Origin: Leucoraja erinacea
Lineage: Eukaryota
DNA: 64,000 bases
Assembly: GCF_028641065.1 (NCBI RefSeq)
Contig: NC_073385.1
Span: 18,600,001-18,664,000, forward strand
Reading direction: 5' to 3'
Under the pieces are notes generated by a model. It ran no database searches. It was not told where the DNA came from and was given only the letters and a program-made list of their open reading frames with translations. Shown here one piece after another: positions 25,940 through 39,617 of the stretch. Within the stretch, counting starts at the first letter, position 1. Each line of letters starts with the position of its first letter. The position numbers and the translations under genes were made by a program.

Positions 25940-28900
25940 CAGAAACAATTTTGAAGGTCCATATGGTAGATTTTTGATGGCGATTACCTGGTGTTTTTTA
26001 TAACCAAAAAGGGTCGCTTATGCCGTGCAATGTTTATGCACCAAAATATTCGAGTCACCCTGAGTTTTTTAAACAGTTAATTGCATCCTTTCATAATTTG
26101 ACAGATCTACATCTGCTATGTGCGTTGCCATCATGTGACTTCCAAATTCTGTTTTTTTTTGATACAGCTAGTTTTATCAATCATTTGTTTACTGACTCTG
26201 GAATGCTTTCAGATGTCTGTCTGAAGATTCTTACACCCAAATGACAAAGAATTTTCTATTTTTCTCATGTATATCATAGTTATTCTAGGATAACTTTATA
26301 ATAGATTCTCGGCTAGTTTCATCGGTCACTGTATGTGAGTATGATGCAATTGTTATTTCTAATCATGCACCATTGAAACTATCAAACAAACTACCTGATT
26401 CCACACTAAGCAATGGCGATTTAATGCTTCTTTGATTCAAGATTTAAATTTTGTTAATTTTATTAAAGATCAGATTGCTTTCTTCTTCTTAACAAACTCT
26501 ACTGAAGAAATATCCAATGGTGTAGTCTGGGATGCTTTTAAGGCATATATTCGTGGACAAATTATTTCATACTCCGCGGGATTAAAAATACAAACTTAAA
26601 ATTAAATATGTATATTGGCTGATGAGATTAGAGAAATCTCCTAGTTTAGAGCTCTATAAAAATAGTTGTTGAAACTTCAATTGGATATAATTTGTTATTA
26701 CTATCACCAATGAGAACCAGCTACTTAAAACCAAAAGTCAATTTATAATTCATGTCGTGAAAAATCATCTGGTAAATTCACTCGCCAATCAGTTGAAAGC
26801 ACACACGTTTGTCGGCGTTGTGTGCAAATGTCAGATTACTAAAGTAGTGCTAAACGGGATGGTACACTAATGGTGGCCATGACGAAATTAAATAAATCCT
26901 TTCAGGACGAACTTTATACCTCCCTATACCAATCAGAATTTCCTACTGATTCCCCAATATAATGCAAGAGTTTGCCAAATCTTACCATATAAATGAGTCT
27001 CTGTCGTTAGATGAACCCATACAGCACGGCAGTGAAGAAAATACACAAATAAAATTGCTTTCAATGAATTCTGGTAAAGCCCGGTTTTAGATGGGTTACA
27101 GTAGAAGATTTTTTTTAGGTATTTCTCAAGTTTTCTGTATCCCCCGACTATGCAAGGGTTTTAAAAGAAGCCGTTTTAATGAATAGATTACCACAATCCT
27201 TTATGAAGCATCTATTTCTTAAATTCTTTAAAAAAGATAAAGACCCTACTGAAGTGACATCATATAGACCTATATCAATGTTTACAAAGTAGATTCCAAC
27301 AATTCTTTCCAAAATAGATAGCTATGAGACATATGGAACATAATATTATACCGCAAAATTATTTCTGAATTGCATCCGACAGGTTTTATTCAAAAAAATC
27401 GTTACTCATACTTTAACGTTAGGAGAATAATGGAAATATCGTTATATACACCGTTTATTTAAAGGTATAAAGGCGTAAGGCAAGGCAGCGCCTTTACCAC
27501 CTCCTCAGGCCATTGAGCGGAAATTACAGAGTGATCTCCGAGGATCCGACAGTGCTTCTATGCAGCGGGCGGGGTGGGGGGCCCGATGGAAAGCATCTTG
27601 TCCGGCCCCGACATTACATCTGGTTGGCGGAATTGCTCTGCCAAGGACGAGAAGAGCTCTGCCAGAGAGTAAGTGCCGTTCGGCACGAACGAACACTATG
27701 GGAACTTCACTCACCCCCCTGCAGGAAAACTATACAACGAGGAGGGTGCAACTCCAGAGCAAACAAAATCCTGATGAGACACTGTTCCACCCTGCAACGG
27801 ACTGTTCCAGCCGCTACGGTCAGGCCAAACGCCTCGTTACCATGCGGGTGAGAACGGAAGAGGTGAGAAGGAGTTTTTCTTCCCAGAGGCAATTCGGACT
27901 GTAAACGCCTTCTCACAGGGACTAACTGTACAGAAATTCGTTTTTCCTTCTATTATGATTATTTATTAGCTAATATATAATGTGTCTGTGTGTTAATGAT
28001 TATGTTTATAATTTGTTTGGATGTTTTGTTATTCCGCGAGCATTGCCACTTTCATTTCACTGCACATCTCGTATGTGTATGTGACAAATAAACTTGACTT
28101 GACTTGACTTGAAATATAAAACCCCAGAAATGCTGTCAATTTCACTTGATGCGAGAGAAGAAGGCGTTGATGATAGAAGTAGCATGGACCGGGATACTTT
28201 ATTCAATCACACTGAAAAATCTAAAAAAAAGTATAATATTTTTGGTATTGTCTGCGGGAATAAGACACATAAGCTATCTCTTTATGCAGATGATCTGTTA
28301 TTATTCATTTCTAATGCTGAGAAATCTATTCCGGCAATAGTAGCACCACTTAATTAATTTAGTAGTTTGTCTGGTTATAAACTAAATCTTAGTGAGAGTG
28401 AGCCTTTTCCATTAAACAATCTAGTTTTGAATTATGGACAGTTTCCATTTAGATTGACTACCGAAAGTTTTACTTATTCAGGTATTAAGATCACCAAGAA
28501 ACGCAAGGATTTATTTAAAGCTAATTTTACGCCTCTAATTGACCATATCAAACAACAGTTTACTAAATGGTCACCAGTATCCTTATTTTTATTCGGCTGA
28601 ATCAATGCTATTAAAATGTTTGTCTTACCTAAATGTTTGTATTTATTTCAGACAATACCAATTTTTATTGCCAAATCTTTCTTTGATATTATTGATTCCA
28701 AAATGTCTTCATATATATGGCAGAATAAAAATTCCAAACTAAGTAAAAAATACTTACAGAAATCAAAAAAAGATGGTGGTTTGGCACTGCCGAACCTTAG
28801 ATTCTACTATTGGGCAGTTAATGTTCGTTATTTAACGTTTTGGACAAAAGATTTAGAAGATACCCAATGCCCAGGATAGATAAATCTTGAACGTGATTCT

Positions 28901-31900
28901 ATACGGGCTATCATTGGCTTCTATTCTAGGGGCCTCGTTACCTTTTACAATCACGAGATTGGATAAATATACGACTAACCCAATAATAAGACATACGTAC
29001 TTTTCGAATATGGTATCAATTTTGTAAGTTTTTTGGATTGAATGATTTTATCTTATCGAATCCTATCATATCTAATTTTTCTCTTCCAACCATCTAGTAC
29101 TGATCAAGCCTTTCTGTTATGGAAGAGGAAGGGATTAGTAACTTTTAGAGATTTGTTTTTGGATGGTTGTTTTATGTCTTTCGAACAACTCTCCAATAAA
29201 TATAATTTACCTAACACACTCTTTTAGATATTTACAAATTAGACATTTTTTGAAGGCTTCTCTACCCTTTTTTCCGCTACCACATCAAACCGAAATCTTG
29301 TAATTTATTTACATTTGAACCCTTATCAGAAAGGATTAATAACGACTATTTATGAGTTGATTTTGAAATTACAAATAGATATATTTGATAAAATTAAGAA
29401 TGACTGGGAAAGAACTACAAATTTTACTTCGGAGTCACGTGAGTGACTACGTGAAGAACCCCGCCAGGACGCATGCGTGCCATATCGCTACACGCATTGC
29501 AACGAGTCACAGCAGGGGGAACGACGTTCCCTTAGCGGCAAAATTTGAAAGCCGGGAACAGCAGGTAAGGAGACTCTGCGTTCCAGAATTTGAAAGTCGG
29601 GAACAGCAGGTAAGAAGACTCTGCGTTCCTTCCACTTACCTTTTAGGTGGCGACATGGACCGGATCCACGAAGGCTGCGGGAAAGCTGGCGGGGGAGAAC
29701 CGCGGAGTTGCGGGCAGCCGGCAGCAGCAGCCAAAGGCACGCTAATCTCCCGTAATGGGAACAGCTGTGCCCGACTTCGTTCCCGACTTCGCTCCCGCAC
29801 CGGCCAAGCCGGGCGGGAGAGGGAAGCAAAACCTAAGAGGGTCATTGACTCCGAGGAGTCCGACTCTGAATAGCCGCGAGTGGCCAGTGCCCGTGCGCAT
29901 TGGGGCCGGTTGGAGCGGCTGGGAGCGGGGAACAAAGCAGCCGCGACGGCCAGTGCCCGTGAGCATTGGGGCCGGTTGGAGCGGCTGCAGGATCAGCAGC
30001 AGCTGGGAGTTGCCTATGCCCGAGAGCATAAGAGCCAGTTGGAACGGCTGCTGGAGGAAATACCCCAAAGTGGCAGGCTCCGGGAGATGGAGGCTAGCCA
30101 CAGTGGGCAGTTAGTAAGCCCCACAGCAGTACCTCGTGTAGGGCTGCACAGTGTTTCTCCCTCATCAGAGGGGAACACCGAGGGTCAATCCTGGGCTGAC
30201 TGCAGGAGCTGGAGCAGGAGCGGCCTCAGGAGTAGCGGCTTCAGGAGCAGCCGCGATGGCCAGTGGCCATGTGCATTGGAGCCGGTTGGGTGCCCGAGAG
30301 CATCGGAGCCAGCTGGAGCGGCTGTTGGAGCAGGTAAGTGGCAGGCTCCGGGAGATGGAGACTAGTCACAGGGGGCAGCTAGTAAGTCCTACAGCAGTAC
30401 CTCTTGTAGGGCTGCACAGTGTTTCTCCCTCATCAGAGGGGAGTATAGGGGGTCAATTCTGGGCTGCACCTGAAGAGGGGTGCAGAACATACCCCTAGTG
30501 CACATGGGGTGCAGAAAACCTATTGGAAGACAGGGAACTGCAAAACATTGAATGTTCCCAGGGTCAACCAGTGTATTTGAAAACATGGCAGGGCAGGGAA
30601 TTGAAACAAAAGAAAGTTCTAAAAGTCCTAACAGCGGGACGGGTTCGCCCGCACAATAAACAAAGACACGACACTAGATCACCAGGATGCACTAGCCTTA
30701 TTTTGCAACTACCAATACGAGTAACAGCATTAGGAAAAAGTACCATCCAACCGGCTTTAGACCCTAATTTGCAGGCCTATGCAAACCTGGAACCTCCAAA
30801 CCTCCAATATTAAAATTTGGAGGCATCTTAACTTAACAGGTGAAGAACTTGACAAAGAGGGTAAAACCCTGGGGCACATTAAGCAACATCTAAAAACTAC
30901 TTCCTGGGGAATGCGCTAACCCTCAACACAGACCCAACTACAGATCCAGACACCGGCACCTCAACGTCCACGGAAGATGCCGAAATAGTAACAATCCTAC
31001 CAATAGTAACCATGGAGGTAGGTGGGTCTGGTTCCTTACGAGGTTGGTGGGAGATTACAGTTCTATCTGGATGCATAGAATATATTACCACTGACACTTA
31101 TATTTCAGAAGTATAGGAGTATACCATAGAATTATTCAAAACATAATCCTCCAGTACAGCATGTACCGAACTGAATGTTCGTGCTTACAGGCAAAGAAAT
31201 AATCAAAAGCGCATGCTGAACTACAGTGCCCTAATAAAATAGGAATAATGGAGGACAACCAACACGAATCACAGGAATTCGTGTCCAAAAATCTTTATCA
31301 TAACACAGATTTGACTAACATCATAGAATTGACTAATTCGTACTTTATATTCATTACTAGATGGGAACCTTTGTTACTGCAAAGGTATTGATCCTAGGGT
31401 ACTACATGGCAAGCATCGTATTAAAATATGCTTGCTATACAGTACTCATTGGAGGGGACCACAGATGTATTTAACACAATGGATCATCTGCGGTTCACCA
31501 TTAACACAGTTCACATGTCAGTGACTTTGCCGTAAGAAAGGGTACAGCCTTAATGGAGGCTTGCAGCAAAACAAAACCATCCATCAGACTGGTAGTAGAA
31601 TAATTGGCATTTAGTGGCTGTGTTCCAGCCACATAAATTGGACCTTTACATTATCAAATTACTGAGCGCAATCATGCGTGCACTCAAAAATTATGGGGGT
31701 CATTCTGACAGACCTATGAAGCTACCAACAGAGGCCACTATGGAACTAAAATGGTGGAAACATAACATTAGGCATTGTTCCAATCCAAACATTAACAGCT
31801 ACCCGTCTATGGAACTACATACTGATGGGCACTTGGATTGGGATGCTACCAATTCCATCTCCAGCTATGGGGGAGATGGAATGCACAGGAGGCATCATTA

Positions 31901-34900
31901 CAAACGCTGGGCATAAATACCTGGGGAAGTGAGTGCATGCCATGGCTTTAAGTCGTATTGTTCTGGGTTATATCACCAGTATGTTAGACACCACCGTGGT
32001 AGCATATGTCAACCATATGGGTGGAAACATATCGACATCGTGTGACAATCTGGCCAACACAATTTGGCAATGGTGTATCCAGATAGATATTTGGATATCA
32101 ACTACCAACTTACCAGGTAAACTGAATTAGTGGCAGGCAACAGGTTACGCTAGGTCTAGAACACTGTATGGATGTTGGATAAAAAATGTATTGCTGAAAT
32201 TACAGCAAGGTATGGAACACCAGATAATGACCTATTCGCATCCATGCTCTCACCAGTTGTCGAATTATGTCTTGGGAACCAGAACCTGGGGCAGTGGCTA
32301 CAGATGCATCTTCGCTGTTTTGGGGGATCATTTATGCATCCCTCCTTCTGCCTCATCAGTCGGGATATTTAGGGACAGTAGACTCCGCGTCTGGTATTTT
32401 GATAGTACCTGATTGGCCTACTCAACCATGGGTCCCGGTGATACACGACATGGTTTTAGAACCATGCATCACCATCCATCATAGACCTAATTTACTGGTT
32501 CTTCCCGCAACAAGGGGAGTTACCCATGTCATAATTATATAAACCTATTAATTTATAGAGTTGAAAGCACCTCTACTACACCTGGGACTGACGGACCGAA
32601 CAGTGGATATTATTTCAGCGGCCCACAGACAGTCCACCAAAAAATCATTACTTGGTGTCATCAAGAAATGGGAAGTACTGTCACAACAATAAACATCACC
32701 CACAGATCTATAAACATCCCGTCTGTTCTGCAATTCCTGGCAAGCCTCCATTACGATGAGAGGCTGTCATAATGCCGTCAACTGCGCCAGAAGTGCTCTG
32801 TCAACATACCTGTGGCAAGGAACAGAGCGGCATTCTGTTGGAACACACCCTGGTAACCAAACTCATGAGGGGCATTTTAACGTTAATCCCCCAAGAACCA
32901 GGTACTCCCAAATATGGGATGTGAGCATTGTACTGACCATGTTAAGAAACTGGTCTCCAGCTACAACTCTGTCCCTACAGAAACTGACTATGAAAACAGT
33001 CATGCTGATGGCCTTGGCCATGGCACAAAGGGCCCAGTTACTACAGAAACTAAGGCTGGACAACATGATTATTCATCTGGAAATTTATCTTTTCACATCA
33101 ATGAAATAGTCAAACAGAACAGACAGGGGTCAGCAGGCCTAAAAACAGAATTCAGGGCCTACCCGACAGATGGTCGTCTCTGTATTGTAACACACTTACT
33201 ATTATATATGGAGTATACTAAGATCATCAGAGGGAAGAAATGTAACTTTAATCAGCTACAAACAGCCACTCAAAACAGTGACAGTCCAGACCATCTCTAG
33301 ATGGCTAAAACAGGTCCTAATAAAGGCTGGAGTAGATACTAGCATTTTTAAATCTCACTCCACCAGGGCTGCAGCTACATCGGCAGCTATGAAGTTGGAT
33401 GTTCCTATGGACCAAATCCTCAAGACAGCAGGATGGTCAATGGAGGAATCTTTCCAACGACTTTATAACAAACCAGTCATTGAACCTGGAACATTTGCAG
33501 AAACAAATTTGAGTTCTGTAATATCATTTACCCCACAAATAGGGGCAATAATTGGTGTTAATATTTTTATCGTTGGGTTCTCAATATCGTATTGATGTCT
33601 GATGATGTTAACTCTATTCTCCCCATAATCAAGGCAGATGTGATGCATGGACTTGTTTCCACGGCATGAAATCACAGAGCTTTAAAATCTTCACGTAGTC
33701 ACTCACGTGACTCCGAAGTAAAATAGTAAGATTAAACGAGAACTTACCAGTTTGAAGTTTGATCGTTATTTTATGAGGAGTAACGTTGAGGGAATACGTG
33801 CCCTCCGCTCCCACCCTTGATCATATACTCAACTGGTATCCCTTCTCTAATCTTACTATGTTTAGTCATTACAGTTATCTGTGATTTCACACCGCTGCTT
33901 TGAAGAATGACACGCATGCGTCCTGGCGGGGTTCTTCACATATTCCCTCAACGTTACTCCTCATAAAATAACGATCAAACTTCAAACTGGTAAGTTCTCG
34001 TTTAATCTTACTATTTCTTTATCTATACAGGAATGGGAGAGGATTCTTCAATTAGTCAATACCTCTTCAATGTGTGCACGACATGCTCTGATACAATTCA
34101 AGATGGTTCACAGAGTTCATATGTCAAAAGATAAATTGGTTCATTTCTATGGTCACATAAATCCTACCTGTGACAGATGTAACTCTGAAGTGGCCTCGCT
34201 GACCCATATGTTTTGGTCCTGCCCACTTTTGGAAAAATATTGGAAATATATTTTTGAGACTATTTCTGTAGTTTTAGGTATTGATTTACAACCTCATCCT
34301 ATTATTGCAATTTTTGCGGCTACCAATGTTAGATTCTACTCATTTGTCCCGTTCCACCCATCGGCTGATTGCTTTTACCATATTAATCACCAGAAGATCT
34401 ATTTTATTTAAATGGAAAGACTCTAAACCTCCGACCACACTCCATTGGTACTCTGAAACGATATCATGTTTAAATTTAGAAAAAAATCAGGAGTGACAAT
34501 GTTGAACCCTTGGTTAAGTTTGATAAGACTTGGGAAAGATTTATTCAACATTTTCACACAACATAAATTGTTTACTATACAACCGTTATAAAAATTATTT
34601 TACCTTTATACGGTGGAACAGACTTGACAACAAACAGGGACTTAAATTGTCGAAATTCTTTGCAGCTCAGACTCTGTTTTGCTTTTTTTTCTAGTTTAGG
34701 GGGGTTTTGTTTTTTCCTTTTTTCTCTTTTTTAAATTTTTAATTTTTTATCTTTTTGGGTTTTTTTAAATGTATATAAGTTTTCTTTTAAACATTTAACT
34801 ATATTTACATAGAGGTCGGGAAGTCTATATTCAATGTGTATTTTGATACTAGACATCTAGGTTATACCTGTTATTAATGTAATCCTAATGCCTATGTATC

Positions 34901-34995
34901 AATATCATTGTTATGTTTATCATTATTCTTTTTGTTTTGTTTTTGTTTCTGGAAGAAAAAAGCTAATAAAAAGATTTTAAAAGAAAGAAAGAAAA
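25940..34995 (+). mobile_element. L1-clade LINE (5'-truncated, degenerate), interrupted by a Rex1-like fragment and by the DIRS element
   Basis: APE remnants (NVYAP), RT YADDLLL, GGLALPNLRFYYWA, C-terminal CCHC (CDRC...LTHMFWSC at 34070-34411), T-rich 3'UTR, AATAAA and (GAAA)n tail near 34990. Confidence 0.9.
29421..34012 (+). mobile_element. DIRS1-type tyrosine-recombinase retrotransposon, full structure, ORFs decayed
   Basis: Inverted terminal segment 29451-29479 vs 33911-33939. Internal complementary region 33688-33800 equals the reverse complement of both termini joined. Remnants of RNase H (LHTD, DTTVVAYVNHMGG), a methyltransferase-like domain (DLFAS, IVPDWPTQPW) and YR (HSTR..A.S, AGW, LY.KP at 33278-33595). 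ATTT at both junctions; interrupts L1 ORF2. Confidence 0.93.
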
Positions 34996-35260
34996 TTTCA
35001 TTCAGTTTTCTTAATTTTTAAGAAAGTTATGGGCTTTTGACTGTCCTCAATCACAGCTTTTGAGTTAAGTCAATGGAAAAGCAATTTGCAATTTGCATTG
35101 CAATCTAGGGCAAGATGCTAATTTCAGAGTATGAAACTTTTTTAATACTAAAGATATGAAAGTGAATTAGGTGTCAAATTAAACTACTTTTTATGCTTTA
35201 TCTGATGGGATAAATTGCAGACTTGATTTTTTAAATCTAAACATTTTGTAATATTGCTAA

Positions 35261-36253
35261 TCAGAGGGGAAGGTCTGAGATGTGTTTAGGGGTCTGGTCG
35301 GCACGGTGGTGTTCCAGCCGCCCACAGAGCCGCGGCAGTTTGTGTTTGAGGGCGGTGGTCAAGTGGACAATGTCCTGTCGTGCCGCGTCGGAGAGCCAGC
35401 AGTAGAGGATGGGGTCGGCCGCGCAGTTGACTCCAGTCCAGGCGAAGAAGACATTGTAGGGGGTGATGGCGAGCTGGGCGAAGGGGCAATTGCCCGGCTC
35501 GGCCACGCTGCGGGCAAGGGAGGTCAACTGGTAAGGCCCGAAGCTGACGGCGTAGACCAGGAGGAGCAAGAGCAGCAACTTGGCGATCTTCCTCTTCTCT
35601 CCGTCTTCCACGCCGCTGCTCCTGGCCACCGCCCTGTAGATCCTCTGGGAGCTGAAGAGGAAGAGGGAGAAGGGGAGGCAGAAGCTGAGGAGGAAACGTA
35701 TCAGGTATGCCTCGGCCGTGGTGGCCTCCAGGGGAAGATCCACCCAGAGTGGCCTGGAGGTGAAGTCGGAGGAGAGGAGGCCCTGCTGGTGGAGGAGGAG
35801 GGCGTGGAGGGACAGCTGGAGCAGCCAGCACATCGCGCTCACTGCCGCGGCTGCCCGCAGGGTCCTCAGCCGGTGGAACCGGAGAGGATGGACAATGGCG
35901 AGGTGGCGGTCCGCCGCAATGCAGCACAGGAAGGCAGGGCTCATGTACATGGTGCTGGAGGACAACACCGCCACCGTGTTGTGCACGGACACGTTGCCGA
36001 TGGCGGTAGTGAAGTGATGGCAGAACCAGTAGGGCAAGGTGAGGGTGTAGATGATGTCGACGAAGCAAAGGTTGATCAAGTAGACGCCGATCTCGTTGCC
36101 TCTCTTCACTTGCAATGCGGCCATGTAGATGGACAGGCAGTTGCCGGGCAAGCTGACGAGGAAGGTGGCGGCGTAGATGACCGGCACCAGGACATCCGCG
36201 CTGTTGTCCACCAAGCAACTGGAGTTGGACCTCCCGACCGTCACGTTGTCCAT
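35261..36253 (-). CDS. Class A GPCR, GPR4/GPR65/GPR68 (proton-sensing) family-like, copy 1, 330 aa
   Basis: Intronless GC-rich ORF from MDNVTVG with seven hydrophobic segments. Family motifs: LPGNCLS, QV+++NE.GVYL.NL, LPYW, AFLCCIAADRHLA.VHPLRF..LR, FGPY, NC.ADPILYC. Polypyrimidine-AG acceptor about 35 nt upstream of the ATG. Confidence 0.9.
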   Translation of the reverse strand: MDNVTVGRSNSSCLVDNSADVLVPVIYAATFLVSLPGNCLSIYMAALQVKRGNEIGVYLINLCFVDIIYTLTLPYWFCHHFTTAIGNVSVHNTVAVLSSSTMYMSPAFLCCIAADRHLAIVHPLRFHRLRTLRAAAAVSAMCWLLQLSLHALLLHQQGLLSSDFTSRPLWVDLPLEATTAEAYLIRFLLSFCLPFSLFLFSSQRIYRAVARSSGVEDGEKRKIAKLLLLLLLVYAVSFGPYQLTSLARSVAEPGNCPFAQLAITPYNVFFAWTGVNCAADPILYCWLSDAARQDIVHLTTALKHKLPRLCGRLEHHRADQTPKHISDLPL

Positions 36254-36381
36254 CAATGTCAACAGGTCACATAGGTTGAACCAACACCTGCGCCGGGGAA
36301 TAGAGAGAGATACGTGGAGACAACAGACAATAGTCAAAAGGAGTAGGCCATTTAGCCCTTCGAACCAGCACCGCCATTCAC

Positions 36382-37411
36382 TAGGTATGTTACAATACTT
36401 GCCTTCAGTGGCGCTGCATTTCTGCCACTGGCCGTGTGCGCGACTTTGGCATCTTCGAGGGGGGGGCGGGATTAAAATGCCATTTTCTCCTGCCTGTCCG
36501 AAATATATTTTCTCGGCTGCTAGCTGATGCAGAAAAATAATTCCTACTTCCGTTCTCGGAAGTTTAAAAAAAAAATCGCGGGACAATTTAATCCCTGGAG
36601 TAAAATAAAAAACTACTTCTAATGCCGTCAACGCCTACAACTGGAAGGATCTCACGTAGGAGACAAAACATAAGGTAAGTCATCTATTTTACGTATAAAC
36701 TTGCTTCTTAGGATTTAATTAAAATTTCATTGGCGAAAATTTGATTTTGGCCCCATATGAATCGGCAGCATTTTTCCTGCCAATATGGGGTTCAAATTCA
36801 CTGCAACCACAACGTTTCAATCGACTGCGTTCCACAAAAACCCACTCGCTAGATGATTAAAATGTCCATTCATTTAAGGGAATTAAACATTAAATTCCTT
36901 CCATTTGGCCTATAAATTCACGACTGAGATGTAAAAATCATCTTAAATTGTGAATTCTTGTGTGAATGTTATTTGGACACTTAGGCTATTTAAAAATGTT
37001 AATCTTTTCTTAAGAAATGGATAGACGTTTAGATCTAGTAATTGAATTTTGTAATTAGCTACAATTAGGTAACTAACTAATTATATGCTTTAATATCAGG
37101 TCATCCAAGTAAGATTGTTTAATATTTGTTTCAGAATGCTTCAATTTATAATAACTGAAAATTTCATTCAGTTCTCTTAACTTTTAAGAAAGTTATGGGC
37201 TATTGACTGTCCTTGATAACAGCTTTTGAGTTAAGTCAATGGAAAAGCAATAGGGAACTAGATGCTAATTTCAGTATGTAAATGGCCATAACGTTTTTAA
37301 TACTGAAGATAGGAAAGTTTAGATGTCAAATTAAACTTCTTTTTATGCTTTATCTGATGGGATAAATTGCAGACTTGATTTTTTGAATCTCAAAGTTTTG
37401 TAACGTTGCTA
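36382..37411. mobile_element. Non-autonomous hAT-like DNA transposon inserted in a CR1 tail
   Basis: Imperfect 14-bp TIR (TAGGTATGTTACAA vs TAGCAACGTTACAA) with CATTCAC(T) duplicated. Same family at 34995-35259, 54466-54724 and 59814-60700. The superfamily assignment is tentative. Confidence 0.65.
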
Positions 37412-38140
37412 CATTCACTGTGATCATGGCTGATCATCCACAATCAGTACCCCGTTCCTGCCATCTCCCCATTTCCCCTGACTCCGCTACCTTTAAGAGC
37501 CCTATCTAGCTCTCCCTTGAAAGTATCCAGAGAACCTGCCTCCACCACCCTCTGAGGCAGAGAATTCCACAGACTCACAACACTGGGTGAAAAAGTGTTT
37601 CCTCGTCTCCGTTCCAAATGGCCTACCCCTTATTCTTAAACTGTGGCCCCTTTTTTCTGGACTCCCCCAACATCAGGAACATGTTTCCTGCCTCTAGCGT
37701 GTCCAATCCCTTAATAATCTTATATGTTTCAATAAGATTGCCTCTCATCCTTTTAAACTCCAGAGTGAACAAGCCCAGCCACTCCATTCTCTCAGCATAT
37801 GACAGTCCCGCCATCCCGGGAATTAACCTTGTAAACCTACGCTGCTCTCCCTCAATAGCAAGAATGTCCTTCCTTAAATTAGGGGACCAAAACTGCACAA
37901 AATACTCCAGGTGTGGTCTCGTGTACTGCCTCAGTGTCATCGTCCGCTCACTCTTTAGCAATCTTTCACCCAGAATCTAAACTACATCACCCTTATCTAA
38001 TGTAATGCCCTCACTGAGTCCCTTAGCCACCCCTCCACTCTGCAGTAGTATCACCATGCCTCTTACACTACTTCCCTACTCATGCACAATCAATACCTCT
38101 AGATTCTGCTTTACATTTGCCACCAGTCTTTCTCATTCTC

Positions 38141-38173
<33 letters not shown>

Positions 38174-38418
38174 TCTCTCTCTCACTCTCTCTATATTTGT
38201 CTCTGTCTCTGTTCCACTCTGAGTTGAATTTCATTGAATACTTTATTGTCACCTGTGACAAGTAATTGAACCTCTTTGCTTGTGTACCCAAGGTATGCAA
38301 ATAGTCGCCCATAAAAGGCACTGATACGATTAAGGAGATCCCTCGGGTCCAGGTCCCCCTTTGTTGTCCCCTCTCCTCCCCCTCCTCACGGAGGAACCTC
38401 CTAAACTGGGTCTGTACA

Positions 38419-38450
<32 letters not shown>

Positions 38451-38479
38451 CGATAGACAACAAATGCTGGAGTAACCCG

Positions 38480-38898
38480 GTCTATTCGAGGTCCGGGTCC
38501 CTGGAGGCCTCTCTCTCTGCCCCTGCCCCCTCTCTGCCCCTGTCCTACCCTCCTCTCTGGCCGTGACTCCTCTCTGGCCGTGCCTGCGAGTTGGGGGCTA
38601 TGCGTGAGTGGATAGGGTGGGGATGAGGTAAAAGGAGCGAATGAATAATATTAATATAATATCAAGGGGGATGATTAGTGTGTGCGTGTGGGGTGGTTAG
38701 TATGATTAGTGTGTGCGTGTGGGGTTGGTTAGTATGTGTGTGTGTGTGTGGGGTGCTGGTTAGTGTGTGTGTGCGTGTGTGGTAGTGGTTAGTGTGTGTG
38801 TGTGTGTGTGTGAGACGCCCAGCCCCCCCCCCCCCCCCCCCCCCCCACAGCAACCGTGTGTTGAGGAGACGGGACCCAACGAGTCCCACTTGCTCCAG
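38480..38898 (+). mobile_element. Helitron-like 3' fragment with (GT)n and poly-C; mirrored at 51194-51608
   Basis: Terminal hairpin GGGACCCAACGAGTCCC followed by ACTTGCTCCAG|T. Confidence 0.4.
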
Positions 38899-39617
38899 TT
38901 AACATTAAAAGTAACGAACAGCAGTGTCATACAGAAAAATCTTCAGCCTCGATTTAAAATAACTGAGAGTCGGAGCAGGCCTGCATTTTTCTGGAAGTTT
39001 GTTCCCTTTCTGGCTGTCGGTCATAAAGAAAGGAAGAGAGAAATGTTGGCTATACCTGAATGACAACTGCGGTCAATGTGCGTACTCCACTCGTTTCCTG
39101 CGGACACGGTCCTTGCACCTACTCGCTGCTACTGATAGCTCGGTACCAGGATGTATAACTGACTATAGAAATAAAGAGCAGCCCTTCACATGCGTAGTGA
39201 AATTTAAACAAATTACGTGTCACACGAGGGGAAAACAAGATCATTTAAATATTAAAGTAAACTCCGGATTTTTGCATATGGCATGAAAATATTATGAATA
39301 TGAAATATTGGGATGGAAATGTGAGAGAAACCACACTGTGAGATGTGCGGGGTGAGACCTTTTACACAGAGGGTGGTGGGTGCCTGGAACACGCAGCCAG
39401 GGGTGGTGGTGGAGGCAGATTTGAGTTTAGTTTCGAGATACAGTGCGGAAACAGGCCCTTCGGCCCACCGAGTCCCGCCTACCAGCCATCCCTGCACACT
39501 AGCACTATCATACACACACTAGGGACAATTTTTACAATCAGACACAAGCCAATTGACCTACAAACCTGTACGTTTTGTTTGGCGTGTGGGTGGAAACCGG
39601 AGATCCTGGAGAAAGCC

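Noticed and set aside
29385-30498. Novel repetitive proteins in several overlapping ORFs
   Set aside because: They lie in the decayed, internally duplicated gag-like region of the DIRS element.
32156-33595. Bacterial or phage integrase and adenine methylase (horizontal transfer or contamination)
   Set aside because: Both domains are normal components of DIRS1 retrotransposons and lie within its terminal structures.
35282-36274. 330-aa antisense ORF and 310-aa alternate-frame ORF (also 53451-54443 and 53507-54403)
   Set aside because: Shadow ORFs expected from the high GC3 of the GPCR; no domain-like features.
36254-36631. 126-aa N-terminal extension making a 456-aa GPCR ORF
   Set aside because: The extension runs through a CR1 tail and the hAT-like insertion, most of it is absent from copy 2, and a splice acceptor lies just upstream of MDNVTVG.
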